Source: Synechocystis sp. PCC 6803 substr. PCC-P (lineage in GTDB: Bacteria; Cyanobacteriota; Cyanobacteriia; Cyanobacteriales; Microcystaceae). From it: a DNA stretch of 32,000 bases. Position numbers and translations under genes: made by a program. The stretch covers positions 1,440,001 through 1,472,000 of the forward strand of contig NC_017039.1 in NCBI RefSeq assembly GCF_000284455.1, read 5' to 3'. Below the pieces are notes generated by a model. The model saw nothing but the letters and a program-made list of their open reading frames with translations, made no database searches and had not been told where the DNA came from. Shown here in pieces: positions 7,088 through 19,156 of the stretch (its first letter is position 1; each line of letters begins with the position of its first letter).

Positions 7088-9709
7088 ATGAAAATTCTTA
7101 AAACCCTTACCCTCCGCGGCCCTAACTACTGGAGCATTCGACGCAAGAAGTTAATTGTAATGCGCCTCGACCTGGAGGATTTGGCGGAGCGACCCTCCAA
7201 CAGTATTCCTGGTTTTTATGAAGGGTTGATCAGGGTGTTGCCTTCTCTTGTAGAACATTTTTGCTCCCCAGGACACCGGGGCGGCTTTTTGGCAAGGGTG
7301 CGGGAGGGAACCTATATGGGCCATATAGTCGAGCATGTGGCCCTGGAATTACAGGAGTTGGTGGGGATGACGGCGGGGTTTGGTCGCACCAGAGAAACCT
7401 CCACCCCAGGCATTTATAACGTTGTTTATGAATACGTAGATGAACAGGCAGGACGTTACGCTGGCCGAGCCGCGGTGCGCTTGTGTCGTTCCTTGGTGGA
7501 TACGGGGGATTATTCCCTGACAGAATTGGAAAAGGATCTGGAAGATTTACGGGATTTGGGCGCTAACTCAGCCCTGGGGCCCAGCACAGAAACCATTGTC
7601 ACTGAAGCCGATGCCCGTAAAATTCCCTGGATGCTGCTCAGTGCCAGGGCCATGGTGCAATTGGGTTATGGGGTTCACCAACAGAGAATTCAGGCCACCC
7701 TTAGTTCCCATTCCGGCATTCTGGGGGTTGAACTGGCCTGTGATAAGGAAGGTACAAAAACCATTCTCCAAGATGCGGGCATTCCCGTTCCCCGGGGCAC
7801 CACTATCCAATATTTTGATGATTTGGAAGAAGCCATCAATGATGTCGGGGGTTATCCAGTGGTAATTAAACCCCTGGACGGTAACCATGGTCGGGGGATC
7901 ACCATCAATGTGCGCCATTGGGAAGAGGCGATCGCCGCCTATGATCTGGCCGCTGAGGAGTCCAAAAGTCGTTCCATTATTGTGGAGCGTTACTACGAGG
8001 GCAGTGACCACCGGGTCTTGGTAGTCAATGGCAAGCTAGTGGCGGTGGCGGAAAGAATTCCAGCCCATGTAACCGGGGATGGCACTTCCACCATCACTGA
8101 ATTAATTGATAAAACTAATCAGGATCCCAATCGCGGCGATGGCCATGCCAACATCCTCACTAAAATCGTGGTCAATAAAACGGCGATCGATGTGATGGAA
8201 CGCCAGGGTTATAACCTAGACAGTGTTTTACCTAAGGATGAAGTGGTTTACCTGCGGGCCACCGCTAACCTCAGCACGGGAGGCATAGCCATTGACCGCA
8301 CCGATGATATTCACCCGGAAAATATCTGGTTGATGGAAAGGGTAGCCAAGGTCATTGGCTTGGACATTGCCGGCATTGACGTGGTGACCTCCGACATCAG
8401 CAAGCCCCTACGGGAAACCAACGGAGTAATTGTGGAAGTTAACGCCGCTCCAGGTTTTCGTATGCATGTGGCCCCCAGCCAGGGTCTGCCCCGTAACGTG
8501 GCCGCACCAGTATTGGATATGCTCTTTCCCTCCGGTACCCCCAGCCGCATTCCCATTTTGGCCGTGACGGGGACTAATGGTAAAACCACCACCACCCGCC
8601 TCTTGGCTCACATTTATCGGCAAACGGGCAAAACGGTGGGTTACACCAGCACCGATGCCATTTATATCAACGAATACTGCGTGGAAAAAGGCGATAATAC
8701 GGGGCCCCAGAGTGCCGCAGTAATTTTGCGGGATCCTACGGTGGAGGTGGCAGTGTTAGAAACGGCCCGGGGAGGCATTTTACGGGCAGGTCTTGCTTTT
8801 GATACCTGTGACGTGGGGGTAGTGCTCAACGTGGCGGCGGATCACCTCGGTTTGGGAGACATCGACACCATCGAACAAATGGCCAAAGTTAAGTCCGTCA
8901 TTGCAGAGGTGGTGGACCCCAGTGGTTATGCGGTGCTCAATGCGGATGATCCTTTAGTAGCGGCTATGGCAGACAAAGTGAAAGCCAAAGTGGCCTATTT
9001 CTCCATGAACCCCGATAATCCTGTTATCCAAAACCACATACGGCGGAATGGCATTGCGGCGGTGTATGAGTCTGGTTATGTGTCCATTTTGGAAGGCTCT
9101 TGGACTCTGCGGGTGGAAGAGGCCACATTGATTCCCATGACCATGGGGGGGATGGCACCGTTTATGATTGCCAATGCCCTGGCAGCCTGTCTGGCGGCTT
9201 TTGTTAATGGCTTAGATGTTGAAGTTATTCGCCAAGGAGTAAGGACTTTCACCACCTCAGCGGAACAGACCCCTGGAAGGATGAATTTGTTCAATCTGGG
9301 TCGGTACCATGCACTGGTGGATTACGCCCATAACCCGGCGGGCTATCGGGCCGTGGGGGATTTTGTCAAAAACTGGCACGGTCAACGCTTTGGTGTGGTG
9401 GGAGGCCCTGGCGATCGCCGAGATAGTGATCTAATTGAACTGGGACAAATTGCGGCCCAGGTATTTGACCGGATCATTGTCAAAGAAGATGATGATAAAC
9501 GGGGCCGGAGTGGGGGAGAAACAGCGGATTTAATTGTTAAAGGCATTTTGCAGGAGAATCCCGGCGCGGCCTATGAGGTAATTTTGGACGAAACTGTAGC
9601 GTTGAATAAGGCTTTAGATCAGGTAGAGGAAAAGGGTTTGGTGGTAGTGTTCCCCGAAAGTGTGAGCAAAGCCATTGAGTTAATTAAAGCCCGTAAACCC
9701 ATTGGTTAA
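7088..9709 (+). CDS. cphA: Cyanophycin synthetase
   Basis: An 873-aa ORF with an N-terminal domain, an ATP-grasp region (YPVVIKPLDGNHGRGI) and a Mur-ligase-like C-terminal half with a P-loop (VTGTNGKTTT). This architecture is diagnostic of CphA. Confidence 0.95.
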   Translation: MKILKTLTLRGPNYWSIRRKKLIVMRLDLEDLAERPSNSIPGFYEGLIRVLPSLVEHFCSPGHRGGFLARVREGTYMGHIVEHVALELQELVGMTAGFGRTRETSTPGIYNVVYEYVDEQAGRYAGRAAVRLCRSLVDTGDYSLTELEKDLEDLRDLGANSALGPSTETIVTEADARKIPWMLLSARAMVQLGYGVHQQRIQATLSSHSGILGVELACDKEGTKTILQDAGIPVPRGTTIQYFDDLEEAINDVGGYPVVIKPLDGNHGRGITINVRHWEEAIAAYDLAAEESKSRSIIVERYYEGSDHRVLVVNGKLVAVAERIPAHVTGDGTSTITELIDKTNQDPNRGDGHANILTKIVVNKTAIDVMERQGYNLDSVLPKDEVVYLRATANLSTGGIAIDRTDDIHPENIWLMERVAKVIGLDIAGIDVVTSDISKPLRETNGVIVEVNAAPGFRMHVAPSQGLPRNVAAPVLDMLFPSGTPSRIPILAVTGTNGKTTTTRLLAHIYRQTGKTVGYTSTDAIYINEYCVEKGDNTGPQSAAVILRDPTVEVAVLETARGGILRAGLAFDTCDVGVVLNVAADHLGLGDIDTIEQMAKVKSVIAEVVDPSGYAVLNADDPLVAAMADKVKAKVAYFSMNPDNPVIQNHIRRNGIAAVYESGYVSILEGSWTLRVEEATLIPMTMGGMAPFMIANALAACLAAFVNGLDVEVIRQGVRTFTTSAEQTPGRMNLFNLGRYHALVDYAHNPAGYRAVGDFVKNWHGQRFGVVGGPGDRRDSDLIELGQIAAQVFDRIIVKEDDDKRGRSGGETADLIVKGILQENPGAAYEVILDETVALNKALDQVEEKGLVVVFPESVSKAIELIKARKPIG

Positions 9710-9741
9710 AGGTTTTCTTCCCCCTTGCTGGAGTCATTGCT

Positions 9742-11612
<1,871 letters not shown>

Positions 11613-11899
11613 CTATAGCAAAAAGTGAGTTATTCGAGACACTTTCAACTTCAAAACGTTTATTCCGAGAAGGTTTCAGTGACTGTTGGTTCTAACCGTC
11701 TCGATCTTCGCTATAGTTTCTAATTCAACCAAAATGATCGGAGTGGTTCTAGGACAGCGTTCACATCTTTAATTCTAACTATTAGTATGATCAAAAAATC
11801 AGCCAAGTAATGAAATCGGGCTCTTTTCGCGAAATTGTATTATTTTTACGACTGGTAGGTTTTGATGTAAGGTGAAGCGAAAGCATCGGTAGCAACAAT

Positions 11900-12190
11900 A
11901 TGAAGCAAATTATTCCCGCACTGATTACTTTATCTTTTTCTCCAATGGCGATCGCCGCTTTGCCCCCTCAATATCAGAACGTCAAAGATTTGGAGGCAAT
12001 GGTCAACTATGTTAAAGAGAATCCTGACGTGGCGGCAACGTTGAAATCCATAGACCTAGAAAATCAAACCATCAACTACGGTCAAGACTGTCAGGTAACG
12101 TTTGAGCGAAAACCTTCCCCCAAGCCCCTTGGCTGGGCTGGCCCCGCCGAACTGCTTCAATTCAAAGCCATTAATTGTCCAAGGGAATAA
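11900..12190 (+). CDS. Small secreted protein, unknown function
   Basis: A 96-aa ORF with an N-terminal signal peptide (MKQIIPALITLSFSPMAIAA) and two Cys residues. I recognise no motif in it. Confidence 0.55.
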   Translation: MKQIIPALITLSFSPMAIAALPPQYQNVKDLEAMVNYVKENPDVAATLKSIDLENQTINYGQDCQVTFERKPSPKPLGWAGPAELLQFKAINCPRE

Positions 12191-12257
12191 TTCATTGCCA
12201 AACGGCGATCGCCCGTAAAATTTGGATATATTTTACCTAAGCACTCCACAAGTATTT

Positions 12258-13682
12258 ATGCACCAAATATCAATGAAGCAAACTCGTTTTGTCCAAGTTC
12301 TCATAGTGTCAATATTCCTAGTTTTCGGAATGGCGATCGGACTGCAGCAGTTATCTGCACAGCCAAAGATGACGCTTTCAAGAATCCCTCTAGAAGACAA
12401 GTTGTATGAGCCTGCAGGAATGGCATTTAGACCTAATCAATCCAATCAACTGTGGGTAGTCAATCATGGCAATGACTCAATCGCAACTTTAACAAATCTT
12501 GGAGAGTCTAACCTAGAAGTATCAGTTAAAAGTGATGCCTACGCTGAGCATTTTCTAGCCAAACCAACCGGCATTGCATTTGGTTATGATGACACGTTCG
12601 CAGTCTCAAATGACTCGATCAACGAGTTACGGGGAATGAATTTCATCAAAAATCCTGAGCGAAATAAAAATTTTGTTAATAACCATTTCATGGGTCCTAC
12701 TTTGTTCTCGGCAAGCACCTATGCTTTGGCTGGACAAACTAAGAAATATCTAGAAGATTGGCCGCAACCTGGGAACGGACATGATCCAGACCGTGATTTG
12801 ACTCTTTCACAAGGATGTCCTTTAACTTATTGGAATTCTAGCGTTCAGCAATGTTACTGGCCGCGTGAAGGGAGCCACTTGGATATGTTGCATGAAAGTC
12901 CGTTAGCCATGGGAATTGCCCATGACAAGGGTAATGCCTATTTCTTGCTAGATGGCTGTGGTAGTCGAGACAGCAATAAGCAGTGCTTGGGTAATGGGCA
13001 TTTAATGCGCTATGACTTTAACCGAGATCACCAGGAAGGTAATGGTTTTCATGGCGATGGCATTGTTTGGCGTTACCCAGAAATTGATTTCAAACGTGAC
13101 AAAGATATACCTAGCGGAATGTTGGTGCTAGATGATTGGCTCTACTTTTCCAATACTGGTATGGGCAAAGTTGAGAGAATAGCTACTACGGAGGGAAATG
13201 TACAAACCATTGTCAAAAGTTGGTCAGATCAATACGATAAAGAACAAGTTGGCACTGGAATAATTAGCTGGGAAGATGTTAAAAGTGTCTCAATGGATGG
13301 AGATGAACCAGAGGCTATTAGTAACTGGGTAAGAACTCATGGAGATCTTGCTAAGATAGCGGAACTTGGCCAAGCTTGGATTCCTCCTATGGAAGTTCTT
13401 GCAGAATATTCTTATGTTTACAATGTGCCTCAGGAAACTTTTATTTCAGAAAATTGGCTAGACAAACCTTCGGGACTTGCTAGCGATGGAAAATCTCTTT
13501 TCGTTGCCGACTACAGCTCTGGGTGGATTGCCGCTTTCGATTTGAAAACTGCAAAATTGGAATGGAGATATCAGTCAAAGCTTAATAGTATTTCAGGGCT
13601 GGCATTTAATCCTAATAAATCTCATGAACTGTATATTTCGGATCGTGATACTAATTCTCTTTACCAGTTGAAGTGGAACTAA
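12258..13682 (+). CDS. Secreted beta-propeller protein (NHL-like repeats), unknown function
   Basis: The track ORF starts at TTG 12222; ATG 12258 or 12273 is more plausible. It has a signal/anchor segment (FVQVLIVSIFLVFGMAIGL). Blade-like motifs recur: LWVVNHGNDSIATL, PTGIAFGYDDTFAVSND, PSGMLVLDDWLYFSNTGMGKVERI, PSGLASDGKSLFVADYSSGWIAAFD, ISGLAFNPNKSHELYISDRDTNSLYQL. The gene is visibly AT-rich. Confidence 0.6.
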   Translation: MHQISMKQTRFVQVLIVSIFLVFGMAIGLQQLSAQPKMTLSRIPLEDKLYEPAGMAFRPNQSNQLWVVNHGNDSIATLTNLGESNLEVSVKSDAYAEHFLAKPTGIAFGYDDTFAVSNDSINELRGMNFIKNPERNKNFVNNHFMGPTLFSASTYALAGQTKKYLEDWPQPGNGHDPDRDLTLSQGCPLTYWNSSVQQCYWPREGSHLDMLHESPLAMGIAHDKGNAYFLLDGCGSRDSNKQCLGNGHLMRYDFNRDHQEGNGFHGDGIVWRYPEIDFKRDKDIPSGMLVLDDWLYFSNTGMGKVERIATTEGNVQTIVKSWSDQYDKEQVGTGIISWEDVKSVSMDGDEPEAISNWVRTHGDLAKIAELGQAWIPPMEVLAEYSYVYNVPQETFISENWLDKPSGLASDGKSLFVADYSSGWIAAFDLKTAKLEWRYQSKLNSISGLAFNPNKSHELYISDRDTNSLYQLKWN

Positions 13683-13716
13683 AATCACAAGAGATAGAAA
13701 GCTCTTGGCGATACGG

Positions 13717-13920
13717 ATGCCTGATCGTAAGCACTCCAAACTCAAACAGTTTGCGAAGTCTAGGGGAATCAGTGTGAATAAGTTGGTTGAGGAGCTTTCA
13801 ACCATTACTTTGACTGAATTTGATGCTTATAATCATTTTCGGTTAATGGCAGCCTGGGGTAACATCACAGAAGGTTTAAGGCTTTTGGGTAATTTTAGAT
13901 GGATTCGATTAGACCCTTAG
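13717..13920 (+). CDS. Ribbon-helix-helix (CopG/Arc, antitoxin-type) DNA-binding protein
   Basis: The translation is MPDRKHSKLKQFAKSRGISVNKLVEELSTITLTEFDAYNHFRLMAAWGNITEGLRLL. This is the beta-strand/helix/helix pattern of RHH antitoxins, with a C-terminal tail of the ...AARG..EKGLxLLDKL type. The track start is TTG 13705, and the ATG is at 13717. The stop lies 9 nt before the next gene's ATG. Confidence 0.6.
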   Translation: MPDRKHSKLKQFAKSRGISVNKLVEELSTITLTEFDAYNHFRLMAAWGNITEGLRLLGNFRWIRLDP

Positions 13921-13929
13921 AATTTGGGT

Positions 13930-14736
13930 ATGTTTGACAATCTGTGCAAATTTCTGGCCGAATCATTTTCCGAAGACTATGCTGCCTGGTTGCTGGGACG
14001 ACCAATCAAATTGACCAAGCTCAGTCCAACGGAATTATCCCTGGAGCCAATTCGGGCTGACTCCCTAATTTTGGAGCAATCGGAAGACTTGGTTTTACAT
14101 TTGGAATTCCAAACGGAACCTGACCCCACCATGGGTTTTCGGATGTTGGACTATCGGGTAAGGGTTTATCGCCGTTTCCCCCAGAAAACGATGCACCAAT
14201 TCGTTATCTACCTGAAACGTAGTAACAATGATTTAGTTTATCAGGATAGTTTTCAGGTGGGGGAGACTTTGCACCGTTACCAAGCGATTCGGCTTTGGGA
14301 GCAACCATCGGAAGCATTTCTCCAAAGTCCAGGGTTGTTGCCCCTAGCGGTATTGACGCAGACCTCTGACCCTACATTAAAATTGAGGGAAGTGGCGACT
14401 GTATTGGAACAGATTGAGGATAATCGAGTTAAAGCAAATCTCATGGCAGCAACTTCTGTTTTTGGAGGAATCCTGCTGGCCCCTGAGCTGATCAAAACGA
14501 TTTTAAGGAGTGAAATTATGAAGGAATCCGCTGTCTATCAAGAAATTTTACGGGAAGGGGAACAACGAGGTTTACTTAAGGGCAAACTGGAAGGGAAACT
14601 AGAGGGTCGGCTCGAGGGAAAACTGGAAACTATACCTCTGTTGAAAAAATTAGGTCTTACGATCGCCGAAATTGCCAAGGAGTTAGATATTGATGTTGAA
14701 CTAGTTAATCAGTTTGTCGCTAACCAAAATAATTAA
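13930..14736 (+). CDS. Rpn-family recombination-promoting nuclease / putative transposase (PD-(D/E)XK, YhgA-like) with DUF4351-like C-terminus
   Basis: MFDNLCKFLAE... is a typical cyanobacterial Rpn-family N-terminus. The nuclease core reads RADSLILEQSEDLVLHLEFQTEPD (the D...ExQ motif of the YhgA-like family). A KLEG repeat linker and a helical C-terminal module follow. The track start is TTG 13924, and the ATG is at 13930. Confidence 0.8.
   Translation: MFDNLCKFLAESFSEDYAAWLLGRPIKLTKLSPTELSLEPIRADSLILEQSEDLVLHLEFQTEPDPTMGFRMLDYRVRVYRRFPQKTMHQFVIYLKRSNNDLVYQDSFQVGETLHRYQAIRLWEQPSEAFLQSPGLLPLAVLTQTSDPTLKLREVATVLEQIEDNRVKANLMAATSVFGGILLAPELIKTILRSEIMKESAVYQEILREGEQRGLLKGKLEGKLEGRLEGKLETIPLLKKLGLTIAEIAKELDIDVELVNQFVANQNN
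14504..14520 (+). promoter_or_regulatory. Internal in-frame Shine-Dalgarno (TAAGGAG) plus ATG inside the Rpn-family gene
   Basis: TAAGGAG occupies 14504..14510, followed by a 7-nt spacer and an ATG at 14518..14520. The ATG is in frame (594 nt from 13924) and would give a 72-aa C-terminal product, MKESAVYQEIL...NQNN. Confidence 0.45.
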
Positions 14737-14780
14737 GGATTTATAGTGATTATCCTTTGGCATATAGGCTGACCCGCCCA

Positions 14781-16151
14781 TCACTTGCCGATGCAAAAGC
14801 GGCTAAAAATACGGTCTAAGACTGATTCTGTTACCGTTTCCCCTGTCACTTGCCCAAGGGCATTGATAGCCAAACGTAAATCAATAGTCCAAAAATCTAG
14901 GGGTAACTGTTCCGCCATGGTTTGTTGCAATTGCTTGAGCGCCAGTTGAGCTTCCGTTAAAACAGCCTCTTGCCTTTGGTTAATGGCAAAGTCCAAATTT
15001 TGCGGTGATAAATTGGTTTGATTTACTTGCTCAATAATGGCATTTTCCAAAGCTTCAATGCCTAGATTAGCGGCGGCTGCAGTTAACACTGTGTTGGTGA
15101 TTTCTGGTGGATAACTGACCAAATCAGCCCGGCCTAAATCAATTTTGTTAATGACTAAAATCAAAGGGCGGTCTTTGACTTGCTCATAAATCAATTGATC
15201 CGCTTCTGTCCAACCCTGGTGGGCATCCACCGTCAGCAAAACTAAATCCGCCTGTTGGGCCGCTTTGCGAGAGCGTTCCACTCCGATTTGCTCCACCTGA
15301 TCCGCTGTTTCCCGTATTCCTGCCGTATCCAATACCTGGATGGGAATGCCCTCTACTACAAGTTGGGATTCCACCACGTCCCTCGTCGTGCCCGGTAGAT
15401 CTGTGACGATCGCCCGGTCGGTGCGGCTCCAGGCATTGAGCAGACTAGATTTTCCCACGTTGGGCTGTCCGACAATGGCCACTTTTAAACCCGTGCGCAA
15501 TAATTCCCCCCGCTGGGCTGTGTTTAAAATGTCCTCCAATTGTTGGTACAAATTCTGCAATTGCTGACGAATTGAATCTTCATCCAGGGGCGGTAAATCG
15601 TCTTCAAAATCAATGCGTGCTTCCACTTCCGCCAAAATATCTAAACAGGTGTTGCGCAAATCCCGAATCGGTTGGGCTAATTTGCCCTGTAATCCCGCCA
15701 AGGCGATCGCCGCTGCCTGGGGAGATTGGGCCCCCACCAATTCACTAATGCTTTCCGCTTGGGTTAAATCCAACCGACCATTGAGAAAGGCCCGGAAACT
15801 AAATTCCCCCGGCTGGGCTAGCCTGGCCCCCTGTTGCAAACACAGTTGTAAAACCTGTTGCACGGGCATAATGCCGCCATGGCACTGGAATTCCACCACG
15901 TCTTCTTTCGTGTAGGAACGGGGCGCTAGCATCAATAGGAGTAGGGCTTCATCGATCGCCGCTTTGGTTTGGGGATGGCGCACATGGCCGTACAAAATGC
16001 GATGACTTTCCCAAGTTTGGTTGCCCGGTGCATCGAATAAAGTTTTGGCAATGGTGAGGGATTGTGGCCCCGATAGTCGCACCACCCCGATGCTTCCCTG
16101 CTGGGGCACAATGGCCGTGGCGATCGCCGCAATAGTATCTTCTAATTGCAT
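14781..16151 (-). CDS. mnmE: tRNA modification GTPase MnmE (TrmE/ThdF)
   Basis: A 456-aa ORF with G-domain motifs ([20 protein letters not shown]) and the diagnostic C-terminal CIGK. Confidence 0.93.
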   Translation of the reverse strand: MQLEDTIAAIATAIVPQQGSIGVVRLSGPQSLTIAKTLFDAPGNQTWESHRILYGHVRHPQTKAAIDEALLLLMLAPRSYTKEDVVEFQCHGGIMPVQQVLQLCLQQGARLAQPGEFSFRAFLNGRLDLTQAESISELVGAQSPQAAAIALAGLQGKLAQPIRDLRNTCLDILAEVEARIDFEDDLPPLDEDSIRQQLQNLYQQLEDILNTAQRGELLRTGLKVAIVGQPNVGKSSLLNAWSRTDRAIVTDLPGTTRDVVESQLVVEGIPIQVLDTAGIRETADQVEQIGVERSRKAAQQADLVLLTVDAHQGWTEADQLIYEQVKDRPLILVINKIDLGRADLVSYPPEITNTVLTAAAANLGIEALENAIIEQVNQTNLSPQNLDFAINQRQEAVLTEAQLALKQLQQTMAEQLPLDFWTIDLRLAINALGQVTGETVTESVLDRIFSRFCIGK

Positions 16152-16240
16152 TGCCTAGTGTCAAACAAAATTTTGGATTCCATCGGCTTAATTTTAAGGT
16201 TTTCGTTACTACGGCAGGTACTACAAATCCCCAACAGTGG

Positions 16241-18958
16241 TTAAGGATCAAGGCGGTTAGCCAGAATGGCCACGGGCACCATGGGAATCATAGGTAGTAA
16301 ACAGATTGCCCACTGTTGCCAGTCCATGGGAGCAGTTTTGAACAATACATTCATAAATGGCAGTTGACTGAAACCAATTTGTAAGGCGATCGCCACCGCA
16401 ATGCCCAGTAACAGTATGGAGGCTTTGGTAATGGTTTGACGTTTACCCGTCACATAGCCCAGAAAACTACGCCCTAACTGGCTAATGCTGAGTAGATAAA
16501 TCACCCTAGCGGCCACCAGGGCTTGGATGGCCATAGTACGAGCTAGGGCTAAGTCGTCATAGGTGCGATTAACCCACTCGAACATGCCAAAAATTAGAAT
16601 CCAATTGAACAGGGATACCAGTAAAATGCGGTGCAGTAACTTTTTGGTAATTAGGGGTTCGTTGGGATTGCGGGGAGCCTGTTGCATAATGCCCGGTGAT
16701 TTGGCTTCAAAGGCTAGGGGCACAGTCATGGTGATGGAGTTGATCATGTTTAACCACAACACCTGCAGGGAAAGAATGGGCAAATTCAACGCCAGTAAAA
16801 CGCTGATCAAAATGGTCATGGACTCCCCGCCATTAACCGGCAGCAAAAAGGCGATCGCCTTACGGAGATTTTGGTAAACGGTGCGTCCTTCTTCCACCGC
16901 CGCTTCAATGGAGGCAAAATTATCGTCCGTGAGCAACATATCGGAGGATTCCCTAGCCACCTCTGTGCCCCCTTTACCCATGGCAATGCCAATGTCAGCC
17001 CGTTTTAAAGCTGGGGCATCGTTCACCCCATCCCCCGTCATGGCGACAATGTGACCCTTCTCCTGTAGAGCTTCCACCAGTTGTAATTTTTGTGCTGGAG
17101 CTACCCTGGCAAACACGCAACTATCTTCAGCGGCTTGGGCCAATTCTGCCGGACCCATGGTTGCCAACTGTCGTCCTTCAAAAGCAATGCCATCCCCTTC
17201 AGCGGCAATACCCATCCGTTTGGCGATCGCCTGAGCGGTGCTGATGTGGTCGCCGGTGATCATTTTCACTTCAATGCCAGCGTCATGGCAGGCGTGGACT
17301 GCGGCAATGGCCTCCGGTCGTGGCGGGTCGATCATGCCCTGTAAACCTAAAAATATTAGCCCTGTTTCAATATCCCCGTGGTCAATCGCATGGTGATGGG
17401 GCTCCACGGTTTTTTTAGCAAAGGCCAACACTCTTAGACCCTGTTGGGCCATATCCTCAACATTTTCCTCAATTTCCCCTCGGTCGATGCTAACCATTTG
17501 ACCATCATCGAGGAGCATGGATTCACACCGTTGTAGTAAGGACTCCACTGAACCTTTGACGTAAATTGTTCTGCCGTCCCCATCGTGGAGAGTTGCCATG
17601 TATTGATAATCCGATTCAAAGGGAATGGAATCTAAACGGGGTTTTTGACTTGCCAAACCGGCTTGACTGAAACCAGCCTTGGCCGCCGAAGCTAGCAGTG
17701 CTCCCTCCGTGGGATCCCCCACCACCGCCCAATCATCCCCCCGATGTTCCAGTTGGGAATCGTTACAGAGCATGCCCGTCAGCAAACATTCTTCCAACAC
17801 TGGGGGTAAACCATCCAACAAAACGTTATCCACTTCTTCTCCCATCACTTGCCAAAATTCTCCTTTGGGACTGTAACCACCGCCGCTAACTTCGTAATGT
17901 TTGCCCCCCGCATACACCGCTTGCACTGTCATCTGATTCTCCGTTAGGGTCCCAGTTTTATCGGAGCAAACCACCGTGGCACTACCCAACGCCTCCACAG
18001 CGGGCAGTTTACGGATAATGGCGTTACGTTTAGCCATGCGATTCACCCCGATCGCCAAGGTGACGGTCACCACAGCAGGCAAACCTTCGGGAATGGCACT
18101 AACGGCCAAGGCCACCGCCGCTTCAAACATTTCCAAAGGGGAACCACCCCGTCCCCAACCCACCGCAAAGGTGAAGGCCGCCAGGGTAACAATTACGTAG
18201 AGCAGTGTGTGGCTAAATTTGGCAAACTTACGGGTCAAAGGGGTCATGAGGCTGACCTGCTTTTCCATGGATTGGGAAATTTGCCCCATTTCCGTGGCAT
18301 TGGCAGTAGCTACTACCACCCCGGTTCCCTGACCAAAGGTGACAAAGCTCCCCGCATAGGCCATGTTTAACCTTTCGGCCAGGGGCGTTTCCTCCGGTAA
18401 AAGTTCCACCGCCTTTTCCACCGGCACTGCTTCCCCCGTCAAAGCCGACTCATCCACCTGGAGATTACGCACTTTTAACAGCCTTAGATCCGCTGGCACC
18501 TTATCCCCCGAAGCGAGGGAAACAATGTCACCGATGACTAAATCCTGGGAAGGAATCCGTAGATTTTGCCCATCTCTCAACACTGTGGCTTCTGTTGTTA
18601 CTGCCTTGGCCAAGGAGGCGATCGCCCCTTCTGCTTTCGCTTCTTGGATGTAACCAATGATGGCGTTGACTAGGGTAACTCCCCAAATAACCCAGGCGTT
18701 GGTCCAGGAGCCGAGAAAAGCCTTAACCGTACCAGCAATGAGCAGAATGTAGAGCAGAGGTTGGTGAAATTGCAGCAGAAAACGCAACCAAGCTGGTTTG
18801 CCCGGTTTAAATTTCAATTCGTTGCGGCCATATTGTTCGTAACGCTGGGCCACCGCCTCCGCTGTCAGACCTAAACCTGGATCGGTGTGCAAATCTGCAA
18901 GAATGTCTTCCCCTGGTCGATGGTGATGGAGGTAAGAACTTAAGGTGGGGAAATCCAT
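16241..18958 (-). CDS. pma1: Cation-transporting P-type ATPase (type II, E1-E2)
   Basis: It carries the motifs DKTGTLTEN (phosphorylation site), TGES-like ALTGEA, MITGDH and [12 protein letters not shown], plus about 10 TM segments. The track ORF starts at TTG 18997, and ATG 18958 (MDFPTL...) gives 905 aa. The symbol is from my memory of the Synechocystis annotation. Confidence 0.88.
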   Translation of the reverse strand: MDFPTLSSYLHHHRPGEDILADLHTDPGLGLTAEAVAQRYEQYGRNELKFKPGKPAWLRFLLQFHQPLLYILLIAGTVKAFLGSWTNAWVIWGVTLVNAIIGYIQEAKAEGAIASLAKAVTTEATVLRDGQNLRIPSQDLVIGDIVSLASGDKVPADLRLLKVRNLQVDESALTGEAVPVEKAVELLPEETPLAERLNMAYAGSFVTFGQGTGVVVATANATEMGQISQSMEKQVSLMTPLTRKFAKFSHTLLYVIVTLAAFTFAVGWGRGGSPLEMFEAAVALAVSAIPEGLPAVVTVTLAIGVNRMAKRNAIIRKLPAVEALGSATVVCSDKTGTLTENQMTVQAVYAGGKHYEVSGGGYSPKGEFWQVMGEEVDNVLLDGLPPVLEECLLTGMLCNDSQLEHRGDDWAVVGDPTEGALLASAAKAGFSQAGLASQKPRLDSIPFESDYQYMATLHDGDGRTIYVKGSVESLLQRCESMLLDDGQMVSIDRGEIEENVEDMAQQGLRVLAFAKKTVEPHHHAIDHGDIETGLIFLGLQGMIDPPRPEAIAAVHACHDAGIEVKMITGDHISTAQAIAKRMGIAAEGDGIAFEGRQLATMGPAELAQAAEDSCVFARVAPAQKLQLVEALQEKGHIVAMTGDGVNDAPALKRADIGIAMGKGGTEVARESSDMLLTDDNFASIEAAVEEGRTVYQNLRKAIAFLLPVNGGESMTILISVLLALNLPILSLQVLWLNMINSITMTVPLAFEAKSPGIMQQAPRNPNEPLITKKLLHRILLVSLFNWILIFGMFEWVNRTYDDLALARTMAIQALVAARVIYLLSISQLGRSFLGYVTGKRQTITKASILLLGIAVAIALQIGFSQLPFMNVLFKTAPMDWQQWAICLLPMIPMVPVAILANRLDP

Positions 18959-19156
18959 ACTGATTTGGGGGCAAAGGAAACGCCCCCATGGTATCAACTG
19001 GGCCGAAAAGAACCAAAATTACTGCACGAAAAATCCCCCACTAGGCAGGGAGGACCTAAAAAAACTGTCATGATCAGGCAACGCACTAACATCAGGCGAT
19101 CGCCACTACAAACCGACATCAATCCCGGCAAATTTAAACTCTGCCATGGTGATTAA

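Noticed and set aside
6506-9294. Antisense or alternate-frame ORFs within cphB and cphA (6506..6904, 7151..7336, 7568..8011, 7596..7865, 8311..8595, 8408..8623, 9076..9294).
   Set aside because: They are embedded in genes with unambiguous identity and have no motifs. Their composition is typical of non-coding frames of GC-richer genes.
11690-11777. Four TTCTA(A/G) motifs at 26-29-nt spacing (11690, 11718, 11747, 11773) in the AT-rich spacer upstream of 11900.
   Set aside because: A short pentamer in AT-rich DNA with irregular spacing can easily arise by chance, so I did not call it a regulatory array.
11837-11849. NtcA-like site GTA-N-TAC upstream of the small secreted protein gene.
   Set aside because: The spacing is N7 (GTATTATTTTTAC), not the canonical GTA-N8-TAC, and the region is simply AT-rich.
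12222-12257. TTG/GTG-extended starts proposed by the ORF track (12222, 13705, 13924, 4896, 6119, 18997, 28847).
   Set aside because: In each case an ATG a few codons downstream gives an N-terminus that matches the expected signal peptide or family start. The extensions add no recognisable sequence.
14578-14631. Short tandem repeat considered as a possible CRISPR-like or VNTR element.
   Set aside because: It is an in-frame 12-nt coding repeat (KLEG) inside the Rpn gene, with no spacer/repeat architecture. No CRISPR array is seen anywhere in the window.
14735-14757. Hairpin AAGGAT-N11-ATCCTT between the convergent Rpn and mnmE genes, as a possible bidirectional terminator.
   Set aside because: It has only a 6-bp AT-rich stem with an 11-nt loop and a very short T run, which is too weak to call a terminator.
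15340-18653. Shadow ORFs inside mnmE and the P-type ATPase (for example 15340..15567, 15613..15915, 15932..16132, 15949..16251, 16563..16877, 17090..17344, 17976..18200, 18363..18653).
   Set aside because: They are contained in, or antisense to, genes with diagnostic motifs, and have no independent support.
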